DNA from: Eledone cirrhosa
Taxonomy: Eukaryota
Assembly (NCBI GenBank): GCA_964016885.1
Contig: OZ024747.1
Coordinates: 21,328,001-21,392,000, forward strand
Reading direction: 5' to 3'
DNA length: 64,000 nt
Shown here: one piece after another, positions 58,397 through 64,000 of the stretch
Position numbering within the stretch: position 1 is the first letter of the stretch
Layout of the letters: every line of letters begins with the position of its first letter
Position numbers and translations under genes: made by a program
Notes under the pieces: generated by a model
The model's input: the letters and a program-made list of their open reading frames with translations, nothing else
The model's database searches: none
Told to the model about the DNA's origin: nothing

Positions 58397-59257
58397 TCAT
58401 TTCTATTGCAAGCACAAACGGATACAATTTGGGTGAGGTGGGTGAAGTTTAGTCACTTTTATCAAGCCCAAAACAAAAAATAAAATTATAAAACCTATAA
58501 TCTCTTAGCAACAGCAGAGGGCTGTAGTTAGCAATTTGTAGTTATTTAGTTTTATTCATCAGAACTTGATATACCTTTCATGAACCTTATATAATACATT
58601 CTCTGCCTCCTTTGTAAATCTGTAAGATTGGAGTCTTTGTAAAAAATTCACTATAATTGCTAGTGAACGTAACAGTTTACCAGAAATGGCACAGAATTTT
58701 ACTAAGTGCATTTATGTAATCAATCTCATTTCTTAACTTCCTTTGTTTCTTTTCAAATCCATTTTTTTTTTCATGGTATTTGGGTGAATTGTTGTTGTTG
58801 TTTTAGCAGCTGCTTTTGCCATTAACCATTTATAAACTAGGATTGAAACCTGATTTGATTTGTTTTTCTACATTCAAGCTAACCGGAATAAGCTGTTATG
58901 TTGAAACATTTTTCTTACTGTTTAGTCAGGAAGCAAAGAGCAATGCTCATGACATGACACTTTTCAGGGTCACTGAGACTTATAAGAATAAGGGATAAAG
59001 GTATCCTCAAACTGGAGACCTGACCTAGATGGCTGCAACAGAGTAGAGTTTGCTAAAGGCAACCAAGGGCCTGGTACTAGTGTTAAAATTAAAATGGATG
59101 ATGGATGAAGTCTACCTCCCAAGTGGACTACATTGGGGTTTAAACTCAAAATACAAAGAATTGGAACAAATCCCACAAAGCATCACATCTGACGCTCTAA
59201 CAGTTCCTTGAATCCCACTTTGACCTGCCAGAAATGGCAACAACAAGATATAGCAAA

Positions 59258-59412
59258 TCATCATCATCATCATTCGTCGACTACTGTCGAGATGATGGAT
59301 CTCACTCTCATGCCCCAGAATTCCCTGTCCCCCATCGCTGCCCCCAGGTCCTGTCTACTGATTCCCGTATCCCTAGAGATAATGTCAGGGAATGACAGCT
59401 TCCTACTCCTAG
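59258..59412 (-). mobile_element. RTE LINE 3' end fragment
   Basis: Near-identical to 8258-8411. Confidence 0.85.
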
Positions 59413-60039
59413 CAAATAGTGGTAAGGTTCATACCTGCAATGCCTTCAATCGTGGATCAATGAAAGTGAGAGTCTCTATGTGATTCCCTGACCTTCTAGA
59501 AATAGTAGATAAGCCTCTGTTTGTAATTCACAACCAGCCATGATGATAACAGATTTCAAGAACTTAAAATGTACAGCTGATCTTCACTGAAGTAAATTCT
59601 CTTGTCTGTAAAAATTAGCCATGTGCCTATGGAAAGAAATCAATGTAATTATTGCTGAATCTATCACCTTATTAAGAGTGTTAATTACTGCATTGCAATC
59701 GAGGACAGAAAAAAAACAGAAAAAATAAAAATAATGCAACCCCCCCCCCTTTCCTCCCTAAAAAAAACAAGAAAAGCAATATCTAAATTTGTAGATTGCT
59801 TTTATGAAGGAATAATGTTTAGTTGGTGTGTAATTTACATAATGTGCCAGCCATTTGGCAAAGTGCCAGTCTAAATGGCAATGGTGTTCAAATGTTTATA
59901 ATCATTAATGCAAGTATACATTGATGTTTTTTTTCTTTTGTATTATTACTTACCCCCTCCCTCCTTTCTTTTTTTTATTTCTTTAAATATATTTAGTGCC
60001 ATAAAGTCAATTCTAATATTAATGGGACCCATGACAGCT

Positions 60040-60103
60040 TTCACATATATATATATATATACATTCATACTTAGGTATTTAGGTATATATATATATATGT
60101 ATG

Positions 60104-60175
<72 letters not shown>

Positions 60176-60259
60176 CACATTCATACATAGATATATAAGT
60201 ATATAAATATATATATGTATATATATGTATATATATATATATATATGTATGTATATATG

Positions 60260-60336
<77 letters not shown>

Positions 60337-60384
60337 ATATATATATGTATATATATATCTATATATATATCTATATATATAAAT

Positions 60385-60455
<71 letters not shown>

Positions 60456-60468
60456 CATATATATACAT

Positions 60469-60502
<34 letters not shown>

Positions 60503-60706
60503 TTGTATATATATATACATACATACACACACATACATTTGTATATATATATATACATACATACACACACATACATTTGTATATATATATATACACACAT
60601 ACACACACATACATTTGTATATATATATATACACACATACACACACATACATTTGTATATATATATACATACATACACACACATACATTCATACATAGAT
60701 ATACAT

Positions 60707-60771
<65 letters not shown>

Positions 60772-60785
60772 TATAGATAGATATA
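60040..60785. repeat. (TA)n/(CA)n/(GATA)n compound microsatellite
   Basis: Direct inspection. Confidence 0.95.
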
Positions 60786-60797
60786 AACATTATGTAC

Positions 60798-60861
60798 CTT
60801 TTTGATGTCGATGAAGATTCTGATTTGCAATTCTGCCAAATTTATCTATCACTATCGAAAG
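60798..60861 (-). CDS. Candidate internal coding exon (64 nt, phase 0 to 1)
   Basis: Branch-like TACTGAC, pyrimidine tract ttttcaactttttcattatcttgtctccAG, donor AAG|gtacat; single open frame [21 protein letters not shown]. Confidence 0.45.
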
Positions 60862-61347
60862 CTGGAGACAAGATAATGAAAAAGTTGAAAAGGCTCGGCC
60901 TTTTCGTCAGTACTCTGTACCTACAGACAAATCAACAATACAAATACTCTATAGAGCCACTCAACCATTATAATGTATTGTTATATTACGAGTGGTCTGG
61001 CTACATTGCTGAAAATTGTGTCCTTGGATATAGTTGTACTACACTGATGCAGATTCTCATCTAGCTTTCTGTTTAGCAAAAGTTAAGTTTCACAGAGACT
61101 GACAGGAATTTATCTGTTGTTATTGTTGTTCTTGTCACTGTTTTTGGGTGGTGGGTTATTTTTATGTTGCTGTTATTGTTGGGCTTTTTTTATGTCGTTT
61201 TTGTAATTGTCGGTGTTGTTGTTGTTCATATTGTTTATGTGTCAGGATTTGAAAAATATCACTTTACGATTGAGAACTGTAAACCATCTCTACCAACTGC
61301 TGTTGTCAGTCAAATGTTTGTCCAAGTATTCCTATACACAAGGCATA

Positions 61348-61398
<51 letters not shown>

Positions 61399-61565
61399 TG
61401 TAGTTTGCTTGAAGCACTGTAGGGTATGGAAAGAGATTAAGTCTTGTGAGTGGTTTAAAGGATATAACCACATATATTTATATATACGTATTATCAAGGG
61501 GTCCAATGGGAACCTCAGAGAATGTCAGAGAGGACTTAGTTTTGCCTCTGTGTGGCTTATGTTGA

Positions 61566-61602
<37 letters not shown>

Positions 61603-61702
61603 GCACACACATATAAAAACATTGCCATGATTTGATATCTATTTTCCATGCTTGCATGAAGTGTGTGTGTTTGAGTATATATATATATATATATATATAT
61701 AT

Positions 61703-61888
61703 AATCATCATCATCATCATCATCATCACCGTTTTACGTCCGTTCTTCCACGCTAGCATGGGTTAGATGGGTTGTCCTGTTGTGGGCAGTGTCCGGTCGG
61801 CTGACCATGCCTTGCTCATACGGGAACTGATTCTGGCTTGATTTCTACAGCTGGATGCCCTTCCTAACACCAACCTCATTTACAGTGA

Positions 61889-61890
<2 letters not shown>
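61703..61890 (-). mobile_element. SINE family B 3' part
   Basis: Near reverse complement of 30-198. Confidence 0.85.
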
Positions 61891-61954
<64 letters not shown>

Positions 61955-62184
61955 GAGATGGGTGGGGAGAATAAGCAACAGTTTTTCTTTCAGACATGTA
62001 TTAAAAACACAGCTCTGTTTGCGTTTAATCTTTACATATTTCCTTGTAACTCCTTGGAATGATATCTTTCTTATGTGAATTAATATTTTGAAACCGTCTA
62101 AACTTTATAAACTGAATGAAATGATAGTAAACATGTGATCAGTTAATGTTTTTACTATCTAATTTCATTGCATATACTCTATCA

Positions 62185-62372
62185 TAATTGTTTCTACTTT
62201 AGGCACAAGGCCAGCAATTACCCAGTGCATTACTGGTACTTTATTTTATCGACCCCGTAAGGATGAAAGGCAAAGTCAACCTCGGCGGGATTTGAACTCA
62301 GGTCGTAAAGGGACGTAACTATGCTGGAAAGCATGGCGTCCGACCCTCTACGGATACTGCCAATCCACTGCC
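62185..62372 (-). mobile_element. SINE family A with 18-bp TSD
   Basis: CATATACTCTATCATAAT on both sides. Confidence 0.9.
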
Positions 62373-63477
62373 CATATACTCTATCATAATGTGTTGTATC
62401 TGGCCATAGAAAACCTACCAAATAAAGTGCTGGGATAATTCTTCAGCTGTGTCAGAGAATAATGGCAGTCTCTTTAGTGCTGGTGATGCAACAGAATGCA
62501 TTCAATAGAGCACAGGAGTATATGTGGGCAAGATGCAGCCCAAATCCCACCCCCCACCCCTAGCCTTTCTGGGCACTCAGTGGAAAACAGGAACATATGT
62601 AGGTAGGGTCAATAGATCGATCTGCTTAAGTGTTGACATAGTCTGTGGTGACTCGTCCAGCTCTGGGTCCGCGAGTGGCCAGTGTTTAGGCCCCCATTTG
62701 CTCACACTAGTGAGAGATGGGGAGAGCAGGAGAGACGGAGGCAGAGACAATGGGAATTTGACAATGAGAGGTGGAGGCAGTGACAATGTTTGAACCTGGT
62801 GTATATTTTTATATTTATTTACCACACCACATTAACTGTATGTTAAAGATAGAGGAAGTAATAAAACTATGATGATGATGAAGTTCGTTCTGTGGCTTGC
62901 AATGTTGAAGAGATATTTTTTGTTTTTCATTCTGATGATTTTGTAATGATTTTGTGTGTGTTTGTAGTTAAGTGTGATAAATGTGTTCTGTTTTATGATT
63001 TTGTTTTTCAATGATGTATTCATTAATTCTGAACATTTGGTTCATGAAGTATATGTGAGGTTTGTGTGTTTTCACTTGATGTTGTATCTATTGAATCTGT
63101 GAAGATGAATTTGTTCTTGTATTTTTCTACAGCTGTGTCTATTAACCTATTCCTGTATCTGTTATTAACTATTAAATACAAACTTGCAAACCACAAAACA
63201 TACTTCTCTAAATGTTGTTGTTTAGACCCATTTAGTCAACATAAGATCAAAGACATTCCAGCTACAACCAGCCTTGTGGTTCTGTGTGTCTTCGATCACA
63301 TGGTCTAATATATCTTTCATCTTTTAAATAAGGTAAGGTATCGTTTGAGGGAAATTTTATTGTTCCTTCTAGCAGCTTGAACAAAGGCATAGACGCCCCA
63401 TCATTGGTTCATCTTCCATAAATGTTCATCACGTTTTCCAATCTTGATGTTATGTTCTGGTGAGAACTGACACAAAT

Positions 63478-63700
63478 AATGGTTTCTCATTTAGGCACAA
63501 GCCCAACAATTTTGTGGGGAGTGGAAAGTCGATTAAATCGGCCCCAATGCAGTAATGGTGCTTTATTTGATTGACCCTGTAAGGATGAAAGGCAAAACTA
63601 ACCTTGACAGGATTTGAAATCAGAATGTAAATGACTGTAACTCTATGTCGTGAAGTATGTTGTTTGACATTCTACTGATACTTCCCATCCACCACCCTAA
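63478..63700 (-). mobile_element. SINE family A (long variant) with 16-bp TSD
   Basis: AACTGACACAAATAAT on both sides. Confidence 0.8.
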
Positions 63701-64000
63701 CTGACACAAATAATTGTTTCTACTTCTTTTTCTTTTTTTTTCTTTTTAATATGAATAAATTTGATACCAAACTGCTTGAAACCATTCCTGGTTCTGTGAT
63801 ACAAAACTGCTTGTTTTAAAGTTTATATTTTTCTAAAAACCTTCCTTCAAAAAGTTATATAGCTATCTTTGTTAAGTTGTTTTCCAAACACCAACTTAAG
63901 AATGAGAAAGTAAGTTATGTTACTAAATCCTTTCAAATTCTTGTTTGTTTTTAAAATGTTTTGAAAACCATAGGCAGTGTCTTTCATTAGAAATATGGTA

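Noticed and set aside
62524-62825. GC-richer overlapping ORFs (89 and 82 aa)
   Set aside because: No recognisable motif or splice signals; probably TE debris

Overview
Eukaryotic, AT-rich, microsatellite-saturated non-coding DNA. The repeat landscape (tRNA-headed SINEs, RTE, Tx1, CR1 and R4-like LINE debris, Penelope-like elements, (TA)n/(CA)n/(ACAT)n/(CAT)n tracts) looks like an octopod cephalopod genome; this is inferred from repeat content only. Nearly all ORFs in the track are translations of simple repeats. No intact gene is present. Two short minus-strand candidate exons (60861-60798 and 16888-16837) splice in frame, so most of the window may be intron. The main signal is a dense set of type I hammerhead ribozyme (HHR) motifs, read by hand on the minus strand. 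They include a near-perfect tandem 568-570 bp repeat with one HHR per unit (retrozyme/pLTR-like) and several short Penelope-type termini forming fold-back palindromes, one centred at the predicted self-cleavage site. A ~185 bp SINE repeatedly inserts at ATTAT-starting targets and stacks into arrays. All calls are by eye; no searches or folding programs were run.
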